Both the position numbers and the translations under genes were made by a program. DNA of 53,394 nt from Candidatus Parvarchaeum acidophilus ARMAN-5. GTDB taxonomy: Archaea > Nanobdellota > Nanobdellia > Parvarchaeales > Parvarchaeaceae. The DNA lies in the NCBI GenBank assembly GCA_002412085.1, contig GG745553.1, positions 1 to 53,394 on the forward strand, read 5' to 3'. The number at the start of each line of letters is the position of its first letter. Position 1 is the stretch's first letter. A model generated the notes under the pieces. The model saw only the letters and a list, made by a program, of their open reading frames with translations, did no database searches and was not told the DNA's origin. Below, one piece after another: positions 9,214 to 18,732 of the stretch.

Positions 9214-9424
9214 TGTTAACACGGTTAAAGTTGCTTACTATATATTATGACGTTTTTTGTTTCTATTTCTTAAATTTAAACACTTTTATAGCTATATTCA
9301 TAATGACATTAGCTGCAGGAAGTCTACCGGTATACTTGCAAGAAAACAACTCCCTGCAATTTTTAAAAGAATTGCAAGCAAGTTAATTGAAGCAGCAAAT
9401 CCATAAAAGTTTTGGATAGTTTAC

Positions 9425-10033
9425 TTATACCCCTATAACTGTCTTTCTTATCCTTTTCCATATATCACTCTCGAACCTTTCCTGTTCCGACCACCTGCCC
9501 CTGTTGTGATACCCATATTTCTCCCAGTACCCGTCTTTGTACGAATCCGTTATGAATATCAGTTTAAGCCATTTTGCACTCTTCCATCCATAAAGTGCTG
9601 GTATGTACGGCCTAGCCGGAAAACCCTGTTCTTTTTTCAGAGGTTTGCCATTGACCTTAAGCGCTATAATGGAATCATTGCTTATATCTTCAAGATAAAC
9701 CGGCGTTGAATATCCATCTTCGCAGTAAAAAACCGCAAATTTTGCCCCTTTTTTAAGACCAGCCATATCTAACAGTTTTTTGATAGAAGGCCCTTCCCAT
9801 GAAACATCTTTTACTGACCATTTTGTCACGCAGTTAAAATCTTTATTATATTTTATACTTTCCATTTTATCAAGTTCTTTATAGGACAAGGAAATCTTTC
9901 TTTCTACTAAGCCATCGACCTCTAAACGCCATTTATCCATGTCTAGATCCAGAGCATTTCCATTCAAAGCATCGTATTTTATGAAGTCTTTTATGTAGAA
10001 CTGCCCCTTTGCTAACGGAGTATCTTTTAGCAT
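9425..10033 (-). CDS. Sulfite oxidase-like molybdopterin-binding oxidoreductase
   Basis: WRLEVDGLV, DFNCVTKWS, GFPAR, YGWKSAKW and GYWEKYGY motifs. Confidence 0.9.
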   Translation of the reverse strand: MLKDTPLAKGQFYIKDFIKYDALNGNALDLDMDKWRLEVDGLVERKISLSYKELDKMESIKYNKDFNCVTKWSVKDVSWEGPSIKKLLDMAGLKKGAKFAVFYCEDGYSTPVYLEDISNDSIIALKVNGKPLKKEQGFPARPYIPALYGWKSAKWLKLIFITDSYKDGYWEKYGYHNRGRWSEQERFESDIWKRIRKTVIGV

Positions 10034-10135
10034 AAAAAATTTATATTCCGGAAGAATATAAACTTTCTATCTTTTTTAACGGTTTTTTACGCTGTAAAAA
10101 ATCCAATATCATTATCAGCTTTTTTATTACACAGA

Positions 10136-13100
10136 TCAAACTAGTCCACTTTGACTATTAATTTTAAATACTTCAGATATTATATTATTGACGGATAAAC
10201 CTTCATTTGAAAGACCTTTTTGGTCCTCAAAGTGCACATTGCCAAATATATCGCTTAGTATACCCAGATTTATTGGGGGCAAAGCATATGGCCCATGGAT
10301 CGTTGTGATTGCACCATAACCTATATTGTTATAACCGAAAACGTACGTCTCATTATTGCCATAACTTGCAACGTAAAGAAAGTTTCCGTTTGGAGATAAC
10401 GCCGCTCCGTCAAGAGACTTGTCTCCTGTGCAGTAACTTTGTTCCTCGCTATATGATAAAGTGTTTAGAGGTCCAAATTGATACACACATCCGTTATTGC
10501 CGTCTACCACAAAGAAAACGTTCTTTTGATTGTCTACAACCATTATAGGCACGTAATTATTGGATGTAGTTGGATTTGGAAGAGAAGTGTGAACGTGACT
10601 TAATTCCGACGATTCCATCACATTAAACCCATTATTCTGACATGTAACGCTAAAACATGTACTTCTATACTGGTATGACGAATAAAACCAACCCTGATTA
10701 CTGATTGCAAGATTATATGAACCTTCCATGGCTACATTCGATCCGTACCATTGCAGTAATGATCCATCTCCTGTTTCATAAGTTACACCATCGTATGATT
10801 CGGTATTATATGGTTGGAAAAAGAAAACAGCATCGGGAAGTAAATCAACCGGAGCGGAACCTCCACATGAACTTGAATAAGTAACAATATCAGCTGTATC
10901 GTCTTCTGTGACTGTACATGCATTTGGATAAGTATAGTCTATACCACCATAGGAATCACCTGTTGGTGTGACAAAACCTCCCATTATATATTTAACATAA
11001 CTTGTAGCTCCATAATTCGCTGTTCCTGTGACTTCTGAAAAATTTGAATATACTAAGGAATTAAGGGCTGAATCATACGACACAGAGGTTATTAGTCCTA
11101 CACTATTTCCCCAGGCATAATTATTGCTTATCGTGTTACTATATGGGTTTAGAGTGGCAGAAACGGTATAATGTCCCGTCGAATTCTTACATCTTCCTAT
11201 TAAACTAAGCATTGAACCGGTTGAGACGCCAGAGATAGCATAACCAAATCCAGGACAAGATCCGTAACCTGCACTTATGACATGGGTTGTTACATAACCA
11301 GATATCATGTTTCCACTTATAACCGTTATATTATCCGGACCAAGCAGATATAGATTATTACACGTGAAAGTTGTTGCAACACCATTGTTTCCTGCAGTAA
11401 TTGAACTATCCGATGCACTGCAGGTAAGCCCCTTATTTACCGAAAGAGTAGCTGACCCCTTTCCCAATCCGGTGTTTAGTTGTCCATTCGCGTTTTCAGA
11501 TTCGGAATTAGACTGTCCTAGGAAAGTTACATCCCAATTGTAATTACTGTAACCACTTGTAGGGAGCCCCGATCCTATAAAAGTTGTAGTGCACTGCCAA
11601 GGTATGCTTGTAATTGTTGAACCAGCAAGTTCATTTGGAGGATTATTTGAATAGCAGTCATAAGTTCCCGTAGAGGATGAATAACTGAAATATCCCAGTA
11701 TTGAAGGACCGCTCTTAGTCTGAATTGCTAGTGAATCAGAAGTTGATCCGCTACCCTTTACAGAATCAAAACTTACGCTCCAACCATCTGGGTAATCACT
11801 AGATAATACAGAATTTGTATCAAATGTAGTATCGCATACCCAGGGTATACTTGTAATAGTAGAACCTGCTAAAGTTGAAGATGAGGAAGCACAGGAATAA
11901 CTGTTTATACCCGTTGAATATGAAAATGATCCTAGTACAGATGGACCGGTTCCTGTTGGTACTCCTATATTACTGTCTACAGATTGTGAATTTTCCTGTA
12001 CTCCATCAAACTGTGCATTCCATGATGTAGGATAATTTGTAACTCCAGAATCAGAGAAAGTTGTAACGCATTTCCATGGCACATCTGTAACATTGGAACC
12101 CGCTAATGTTGAAGATGAAGAAGAACATGAATAGCTAGTTATGCTTGTGGAGTAAGAGAAGCTACCAAGAACGGAAGGACCGGTTCCTGTTGGTACTCCT
12201 ATGTTAACGTTTACTGAAAGAGCTATTTCATTTACTCCATCGAATTGTGCATTCCATGATGTAGGATAATTTGTAACTCCAGAATCAGAGAATCTTGTAA
12301 CGCATTTCCATGGCACATCTGTAACATTGGAACCTTCTAAAGTTGAAGATGAGGAAGAACATGAATAGCTGTTTATAGCCGTTGAATACGGCTGTGATGT
12401 TACTGTGGTAACGTTCTGCTTGAATATAGAATTACTGTTTACGCTGTTATCATTACTGGTTATTCCTGCAAAAGTCGCGTTCCATGAAGTTGGATATGGT
12501 GAAAGCCCTTTGTCTTGTATCTCTGTAGTACAAACCCACCACGAAAATGATTCTGTTGCGCCTTGGTAGATATCTTTTGTGGGATTAGAAAAGCAGGAAA
12601 GTTCATAACTGTTTGCAGTTGCAGAATATGCAGAGACTGTTTTTATATTATATTGTTCAAAAGATATTTTATTTGGAGCTGTCTGCGTTCCCGATTTAGA
12701 GCCACCAAAATTTGATATATACCATTCGTTGTAACTACTTTGAGTTGGTAGACCTGATTCGCTGAAAGATGTAGTGCAGTTCCATGCACTGAAGGTATAA
12801 CTTCCACCTAGCCTTACTAAAGGCGTTTTATATGAAACGCATACGAGATTGTCGCTCTTTGCTATTGCTGTATAAGAAATCTGCGCATTGGTAACGTTTT
12901 TGGTCTTTATGTATATAGAAGAACCTGTAGAGTTGCTTGCAGTACTGCCGTTGTACGATACGCTCCATTTCTGCGAGGAAGGAAGACCTGTCTCACTGAA
13001 GGTCGTAGTACAGTTTGATGCAAACCGTATTAGTTCTCCTACACCCGTGGAATGATATCCTGAAACCGGAGAAGGGGTACTGACACAGCCTTGATAATTA

Positions 13101-13777
13101 ACTGTAGGGACTGAAAAATAGTAGTTTCCGAACGGAAGATCGAATGAGACGTTGTCATTGATTGAAGAAACTACGGTGGAATTTGTAGATGTATTGTAAT
13201 TTACCGTAAAAGTACTTCCATACGGTAAGCCTTTTTCTACGAAGTAGGTAAGTTGATTGTTTATTGGTATCGAACCGCTTACTAAAGTAGAAGATACTGT
13301 ACCGTTTGAAACCTCATAAATACTTGATTTGTATGGTGTAAAGGATATCTGTATGTTTGAAAGATAGCTTGACGTGGATATGCTTACCGGTATTCTGCAT
13401 AAAGTGGACTGTCCCGTTGAGATTATGCTGTTTAAACAATCCAAAGATTTGTATGTATTGCCATTTACATTTACGGTTATACCTGTTAAGTTTATGAACT
13501 GATTATAATTATTAGTCAATTTAACTACCATCATTGTGGAATTGGCCTGTGCTGCCTGCATGGTTATTCCACTGAAACCGCTTATTATAGTCGGAGCTGA
13601 AGGTACTCTGAAAACACCTAGAGAAAACAGAACTATTACCGCTGCGACTATTATTATCAAGATCCAGCCCCAGCTGACTAGATAATCTAATGCTGCCTGT
13701 GATCTTTTTCTCTCCTCTACTTTTTTCATGGAATGACCTTTTCTAGTATTACTGTGAGAAAGATTAGTTTTGTGCAT
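10136..13777 (-). CDS. Large surface adhesin: class III (pilin) signal, pilin-like domain, 8 thermopsin-type repeats, C-terminal beta-propeller-like region (start possibly 13729)
   Basis: RKRS/QAALDYLVSWGWILIII... signal; repeated T-F-S-E-x-G-L-P...W units; LSPNGNFLYVASYGNNETYV propeller-like blade. Confidence 0.85.
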   Translation of the reverse strand: MHKTNLSHSNTRKGHSMKKVEERKRSQAALDYLVSWGWILIIIVAAVIVLFSLGVFRVPSAPTIISGFSGITMQAAQANSTMMVVKLTNNYNQFINLTGITVNVNGNTYKSLDCLNSIISTGQSTLCRIPVSISTSSYLSNIQISFTPYKSSIYEVSNGTVSSTLVSGSIPINNQLTYFVEKGLPYGSTFTVNYNTSTNSTVVSSINDNVSFDLPFGNYYFSVPTVNYQGCVSTPSPVSGYHSTGVGELIRFASNCTTTFSETGLPSSQKWSVSYNGSTASNSTGSSIYIKTKNVTNAQISYTAIAKSDNLVCVSYKTPLVRLGGSYTFSAWNCTTSFSESGLPTQSSYNEWYISNFGGSKSGTQTAPNKISFEQYNIKTVSAYSATANSYELSCFSNPTKDIYQGATESFSWWVCTTEIQDKGLSPYPTSWNATFAGITSNDNSVNSNSIFKQNVTTVTSQPYSTAINSYSCSSSSSTLEGSNVTDVPWKCVTRFSDSGVTNYPTSWNAQFDGVNEIALSVNVNIGVPTGTGPSVLGSFSYSTSITSYSCSSSSSTLAGSNVTDVPWKCVTTFSDSGVTNYPTSWNAQFDGVQENSQSVDSNIGVPTGTGPSVLGSFSYSTGINSYSCASSSSTLAGSTITSIPWVCDTTFDTNSVLSSDYPDGWSVSFDSVKGSGSTSDSLAIQTKSGPSILGYFSYSSSTGTYDCYSNNPPNELAGSTITSIPWQCTTTFIGSGLPTSGYSNYNWDVTFLGQSNSESENANGQLNTGLGKGSATLSVNKGLTCSASDSSITAGNNGVATTFTCNNLYLLGPDNITVISGNMISGYVTTHVISAGYGSCPGFGYAISGVSTGSMLSLIGRCKNSTGHYTVSATLNPYSNTISNNYAWGNSVGLITSVSYDSALNSLVYSNFSEVTGTANYGATSYVKYIMGGFVTPTGDSYGGIDYTYPNACTVTEDDTADIVTYSSSCGGSAPVDLLPDAVFFFQPYNTESYDGVTYETGDGSLLQWYGSNVAMEGSYNLAISNQGWFYSSYQYRSTCFSVTCQNNGFNVMESSELSHVHTSLPNPTTSNNYVPIMVVDNQKNVFFVVDGNNGCVYQFGPLNTLSYSEEQSYCTGDKSLDGAALSPNGNFLYVASYGNNETYVFGYNNIGYGAITTIHGPYALPPINLGILSDIFGNVHFEDQKGLSNEGLSVNNIISEVFKINSQSGLV
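11850..12380 (-). repeat. Intragenic tandem repeat with a 234-bp (78-aa) period
   Basis: ggaccggttcctgttggtactcctat at 11943 and 12177; ttgtaacgcatttccatggcacatctg at 12061 and 12295; boundaries approximate. Confidence 0.9.
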
Positions 13778-13822
13778 AGTATAATAACTAAATGTAATCT
13801 TAAATACTTTTTTATAAACCGA

Positions 13823-14350
13823 TTAATCCTTCTTGATGAATTCGCTTTCTGATAACAATGCGGAGATCTCATCTTCTATATAGTTCTTCTTATCTAGTAC
13901 TGGAAGGCCGTCCAATTTCCTTAGACTGTTCAACCTTATCAGTGCCTCTTTATCCAGTGCACCGTGTATCTTCTTGTGCTTCCTCCTTCCATAGTTTTTA
14001 CTGCTTTCTATTAAATCGTTTCTCTCTATATGAAGCAGTTCGTGCACTATTATACTTTTTACTACATCGGCTCTCAGCTTTTCATCTTTTATTTCAGTGA
14101 AAAGAAGATTTATCCTTATATAAAATTCTCTGTTCTTTACCTTTCTGCTTAGGCTTAGTGAACTGTGTGTCCTTAACAGACCATAAAACCTTCTCCTTCT
14201 GGTAATTTCTATCTCTGCATTTACTCTTCCAAGCACCTTTTTTGGCATGTCATTGTAACCTATATTTATGTATGCGCCTCTGAAGGTTGGGAACACTCTC
14301 ATGCAGTCCTTAAGAAATTCTATACATTCATCGTTTCCAGCGATTTCCAT
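13823..14350 (-). CDS. Putative HEXXH zinc metallopeptidase-like protein
   Basis: IIVHELLHIE motif preceded by a YIRIN strand. Confidence 0.7.
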   Translation of the reverse strand: MEIAGNDECIEFLKDCMRVFPTFRGAYINIGYNDMPKKVLGRVNAEIEITRRRRFYGLLRTHSSLSLSRKVKNREFYIRINLLFTEIKDEKLRADVVKSIIVHELLHIERNDLIESSKNYGRRKHKKIHGALDKEALIRLNSLRKLDGLPVLDKKNYIEDEISALLSESEFIKKD

Positions 14351-14410
14351 GTTTTATAAAATCAACTTAAACCCTTAGTTAAATGCTTTGTGTTTAGCGC
14401 GGTGGCCAAT

Positions 14411-15238
14411 CTAGCCAAAATCGGCGGCAGATAGAGTTTCTAAAAGTTTATCCAGAGAAGAGTTTACCTGTGAAAGATATGTAGCCCCTCCTACCGTCAA
14501 TGAAACTGCATAAAGAGTAGAGTTTAAAATGCCATCTGCATATATTGTGTTTTGCGGTATGGCATTGGGGGAGAAAGTAGACAGGTTATATACGGCTACA
14601 ACTGCAGGTATACTTTTGAATGACAAATTGTACTCCTTAGTTGCCGATGAAAAGTATTTGTAGAAATAACCCAATGTTTGATCTGTACTGGATTTAGCGA
14701 AAAACATAAGTATTCCGGAATAATGAGGATAATCTTTAAATGGCGTTCCGTTTTCAAACGCTTTTGTTATGTTTCCTTCTCCAAAGGCAAAAAAACTCTG
14801 ATATCCTAGTGTATTCAAATTGTACGCATTTATTGCTGCGGAAGTTAGGTCTAACAGTTTTAACGACGGAAAATAAGAAGATACTTTGGATATCAAAGCA
14901 ATATTTGTAGACGATGTATTGGATGAACTGCTATTTGCTGAAGTCGTAATTGCAGTGTTATGATTCAGGCCCAAAGTGTCCCTTATGAACACTCGCACTC
15001 CTAGGATATTGAAATGATACATAAAGTAAGCGATTATAAGAAGTATAATTATAAGAACTATGACAGCTATGACATACTTGTTTATACTGCTTACATTACC
15101 ACTGTTTTTAGTAGTAGCATGTTTCTCATCTGTAGGTATAGAATTTATATTACTGGCATTTTCCTTTTTATCAAGTGGTTTGTCGGAAACCGGTTTATTC
15201 TCTGGAATGCCGTTTTTTTTGCCGCCGGGATCATCCAT
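14411..15238 (-). CDS. Membrane-anchored surface protein, family B short copy
   Basis: Shares MYHFNILGVR, ALISKVSSYFPSL and FGEGNI with 5308..6465. Confidence 0.85.
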   Translation of the reverse strand: MDDPGGKKNGIPENKPVSDKPLDKKENASNINSIPTDEKHATTKNSGNVSSINKYVIAVIVLIIILLIIAYFMYHFNILGVRVFIRDTLGLNHNTAITTSANSSSSNTSSTNIALISKVSSYFPSLKLLDLTSAAINAYNLNTLGYQSFFAFGEGNITKAFENGTPFKDYPHYSGILMFFAKSSTDQTLGYFYKYFSSATKEYNLSFKSIPAVVAVYNLSTFSPNAIPQNTIYADGILNSTLYAVSLTVGGATYLSQVNSSLDKLLETLSAADFG

Positions 15239-15499
15239 TTTTATTGTATATAATCTTTATATTTAAGCTTTAATCTCTTTTATTCTCCGTAAGAGGAATA
15301 GACTCCCTTACAAGAACAGACCAGCGTTTCTAAATATATGCCATTACAGGCAATGTATTAAAACTTCTTTGTTTTATTATAAATAAATAATCAATATTTT
15401 CCATACCCTGTTTGTAGGAGCAGATTTTAAGCAATAAGGTCCCTTTGTTTTGAACTAACGATATTTTATTGTTTTATTTATCAAAAGTTGATATAAACC

Positions 15500-16033
15500 A
15501 TGGGAAATTCGGAATTTATTGCATTAGGTGGCGGCTGTTTCTGGTGCACGGAAGCAGTCTTCAAACTTATAAAAGGTGTTATAAAAACCACTCCAGGTTA
15601 CGCAGGTGGTCAAACTGAAAACCCGACATATAGCGAGGTTTGCTCTGGAAATACTGGACATGCAGAAACTTTGCTTATAGAATATGATCCTGCTGTAATA
15701 AAACTAGATACATTATTGAATATATTCTTCGATATGCATGACCCCACTTCAAAAGATAGACAAGAAAATGATGTTGGAAGTCAGTACAGATCTGTTATAT
15801 TTTACACAAATGAAGAGCAAAAAAATATGGCTCAGTATAAAATAAACAATATAAAATCCGATTTTGATAAGCCGATACTAACAAAAGTAGAGCCACTAAA
15901 AAAGTTCTATGAAGCGGAAGATAATCATAAAGATTATTATGCAAAAAACCCGATAAACCCTTACTGTGCGATAGTTATAGTCCCTAAATTGCACAAGATA
16001 AAAAAGAAATATGCTAAATTTTTAAAAGAATAA
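15500..16033 (+). CDS. msrA: Peptide-methionine (S)-S-oxide reductase
   Basis: GGCFWCTE, GYAGG, TGHAE, HDPT and QYRS motifs. Confidence 0.97.
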   Translation: MGNSEFIALGGGCFWCTEAVFKLIKGVIKTTPGYAGGQTENPTYSEVCSGNTGHAETLLIEYDPAVIKLDTLLNIFFDMHDPTSKDRQENDVGSQYRSVIFYTNEEQKNMAQYKINNIKSDFDKPILTKVEPLKKFYEAEDNHKDYYAKNPINPYCAIVIVPKLHKIKKKYAKFLKE

Positions 16034-16087
16034 TCAGCCATACAATTACAGAAAGCGTATAATTTACCTAAACTGTTATTTTTTTGA

Positions 16088-16933
16088 TTAGCTAAGGTTT
16101 TCTTTATAGAAATCGAGGAGCATCTTCCACGATTTTTCAGCTGCGCTTTTGTTATAAGTCTGAGGTCTGGTATCGTTAAAGAAAGCATGATGTGCCCCTT
16201 TGAATACCCTTAACGTGAAAGGTATTTTATTGTCAAGTAAAGCTTTAGCAAGATCGGGTATTCCTGCATCTATACGCATGTCTTCACCACCATATAAACC
16301 CATAACCACTCCTTTTACATTCTTTATACTATCTATAGACTCGGGATTTTCGCCATAGAATATGACTGTAGCGTCTGTTTTTCCGGTGCATCCTAAATTT
16401 ATTGACATGCCTCCTCCAAAGCAAAATCCTGCACTTCCAATCTTTCCGTTAACGTTATCTAATGAATTTAAGTAATCTACTCCGGAAGACAAATACTCTG
16501 TAAATAATGAGTTTGGCCTTTTAATAAAAAGTACTTCATTTACCGACATTACCGCCTTTTTCTTGCTGTCTTCTAATTTTTCTAGAGCTTCGGCACGGTA
16601 GTTTTCATCTCTTTGCTTTTCTACTGGAATCGACATCATAAACTTCATAGTTTCGGTTATGTTTTCACTGGTCAGTACTGACGCAAGTTTTTTGCTTGAA
16701 AACAAATGAGGGGCTAAAACTACATAACCTTCTAATGCCAGCCTTCTCGCTACATCTTTAGTATGTTCATCTAATCCGAATATTTCGTGTATAAGCACTA
16801 TTCCCGGATATTTTTTACCGTTGTCTGGATAAACCAAGTATGCTTTTATTTTGTCATCAACTGTATTATATTCTATATCTAGTGTTTTAAGTTTCATTTC
16901 CATATAAAAATCGAATTTACTAGTCTTAGTCAA
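16088..16933 (-). CDS. Dienelactone hydrolase family protein (start probably a downstream Met)
   Basis: HEIFGL, GFCFGG nucleophile motif, HHAFFND. Confidence 0.93.
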   Translation of the reverse strand: MTKTSKFDFYMEMKLKTLDIEYNTVDDKIKAYLVYPDNGKKYPGIVLIHEIFGLDEHTKDVARRLALEGYVVLAPHLFSSKKLASVLTSENITETMKFMMSIPVEKQRDENYRAEALEKLEDSKKKAVMSVNEVLFIKRPNSLFTEYLSSGVDYLNSLDNVNGKIGSAGFCFGGGMSINLGCTGKTDATVIFYGENPESIDSIKNVKGVVMGLYGGEDMRIDAGIPDLAKALLDNKIPFTLRVFKGAHHAFFNDTRPQTYNKSAAEKSWKMLLDFYKENLS

Positions 16934-16951
16934 ATTTTGTGTGTTGACTAA

Positions 16952-17605
16952 CTAGATAGTATATTCCTGACCTGGGTCTAGAACAACAACTTTTGCACCC
17001 TTTACTTTTTTAGCGAAAGCGTGTGCATCCTGCTTTATTGGGGGAAAAGTATTATAATGCATTGGAAATACCGTCTTTGCTCCAACGTATTTAACTGCAA
17101 TTTCCGCTTCTTTTGGACTCATGGTAAAAAAACCACCGATAGGTAACATTGCAACGTCAGGTTTATAGAGTTTCTTTATCAATTGCATATCTGTAAATAG
17201 TCCTGTGTCACCTGCATGGTATATAGTCTTACCATCTCCTCTTATTATAAAACCTCCTTCATTCCCACTGTGAACTGCAGGCACCATTGCTATTTCAAGT
17301 GAACCAAATTTCGTCATACTACCAATATTTATTCCTATGGCATTACTTTCCGGAACTCCTGCCTTCATTGCATCTTGTGCCAGTTCAAACTTTCCTATTA
17401 ATTTTGCTTTGTTTTTCTTAGCTATATTAAATGCATCGCCCAAGTGATCAAAATGATTGTGAGTAACCAAAACCATGTCAGCTTTTACATCTTCAGCCTT
17501 CATAGCGGCGCTAGGATTACCAGTAAGATATGGATCTATTATAACCGTTGTATCTTTGAAACTTATTAGCCAAGCGGCGTGACCTAACCATTTAACCTTT
17601 ACCAT
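16952..17605 (-). CDS. Metallo-beta-lactamase-fold hydrolase (UPF0173-like)
   Basis: WLGHA, THNHFDH, YHAGDT, LPIGG and PMHYNTF motifs. Confidence 0.93.
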   Translation of the reverse strand: MVKVKWLGHAAWLISFKDTTVIIDPYLTGNPSAAMKAEDVKADMVLVTHNHFDHLGDAFNIAKKNKAKLIGKFELAQDAMKAGVPESNAIGINIGSMTKFGSLEIAMVPAVHSGNEGGFIIRGDGKTIYHAGDTGLFTDMQLIKKLYKPDVAMLPIGGFFTMSPKEAEIAVKYVGAKTVFPMHYNTFPPIKQDAHAFAKKVKGAKVVVLDPGQEYTI

Positions 17606-17634
17606 ACACTGAATACACCTCCTATATTACTTGC

Positions 17635-18201
17635 TTATACAGCTATTATTCCGCTTGCAGTAACGGCAAGCAGTATCGATACTACTCCTGAAAATATAAG
17701 AAAACCGGCCTGTACGGCTGCTTTAGTTTTTCCATGAGTAAGCGCATAAAAGCCTACCTCATCTAATAAGTATGAGAATAAAGTTACTTCTACTATTATG
17801 AAAGCCGCTAAATTATATACTGCGTAGCCTGAATTCCAGAAGTATAAAGCGACCATAGCTATCACATTATAAATGAAAAGTACCATTGTCATATCTCCTA
17901 TGAATGACATATTCCAGCCATATAAAAGACTCATTCCAAATGTTATCCACACAAATGAGAATATTAACATAAGCAATGAAAACATAAGCTGTACATTTGC
18001 AGCTGGGTAACCGGTACCATAAGGCGTACCTAATATAAGTATAAGTGAAGCTACAAATATAGCTATACCTGCAAGAGTAACTATTACTCCTAATGTTTTT
18101 GCAGAAGTTTTATCTTTAGAGGATTTACCTAGATTTATACCAGAAATTATTGCTGCTATGGAAAATGCAGATATTGCAAACGCAACTGAAGCTAAAACCA
18201 T
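17635..18201 (-). CDS. Multi-pass membrane protein, possibly an AmiS/UreI-like channel
   Basis: About 6 hydrophobic helices in 188 aa; FSFVWITFG...GWNM weakly resembles AmiS/UreI. Confidence 0.6.
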   Translation of the reverse strand: MVLASVAFAISAFSIAAIISGINLGKSSKDKTSAKTLGVIVTLAGIAIFVASLILILGTPYGTGYPAANVQLMFSLLMLIFSFVWITFGMSLLYGWNMSFIGDMTMVLFIYNVIAMVALYFWNSGYAVYNLAAFIIVEVTLFSYLLDEVGFYALTHGKTKAAVQAGFLIFSGVVSILLAVTASGIIAV

Positions 18202-18272
18202 ATTTTTTTATTGTTTTTATTAATATATAAACTTTTTGATGACATAAAAATACACATGCGTATTATCTGTGC

Positions 18273-18567
18273 AAACACTTTTATATTGACAATGTATTTT
18301 AATAAAATGGAACTTTTTCACCACAAACATAAGTGTGATAAATGCGGAATGGAGTTCAAAAGCAAGGAAGAGTTGGATGAGCATATGAAGATGCATATGC
18401 AAGAGCCTGAGCAACCGGCTTCTGCCGAACAGCAGCCACAGCAAGAGGCACCTGTTAGCCAACCTCAGCAACCTGCACAGGAGAACATACCTGAGCAGCC
18501 ACAGGATAACGGAAATACCGAATCACAGGAACAACCGCAGAATCAGAATGAGCAGCAATAAATCTGT
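18273..18567 (+). repeat. 295-bp direct repeat copy 2
   Basis: Identical by eye to 8919..9213. Confidence 0.95.
18307..18561 (+). CDS. C2H2 zinc-finger protein with Q/E/P-rich tail, copy 2
   Basis: Identical to 8953..9207. Confidence 0.85.
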   Translation: MELFHHKHKCDKCGMEFKSKEELDEHMKMHMQEPEQPASAEQQPQQEAPVSQPQQPAQENIPEQPQDNGNTESQEQPQNQNEQQ

Positions 18568-18732
18568 AATTTTACAGAGTGAATCTAGCTGATTGAAAAT
18601 TTTTTTATTTTTAAAATTTTTTTTATAGATTCTTTTAATATTTCTAAAAATTATTTGTAAAGATATATAAGGAAATTCGACTAAACCGGTTTTATAAAGA
18701 TTTTTACGATTGTGACACTTAATATAGGTATT

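Noticed and set aside
11850-12380. CRISPR-like array
   Set aside because: The period is 234 bp, in frame and protein-coding; no short repeat-spacer structure or cas genes
15281-15420. Possible MITE or inverted repeat upstream of msrA
   Set aside because: Only short gapped complementarity (15303-15319 vs 15408-15420), no target duplication and no second copy
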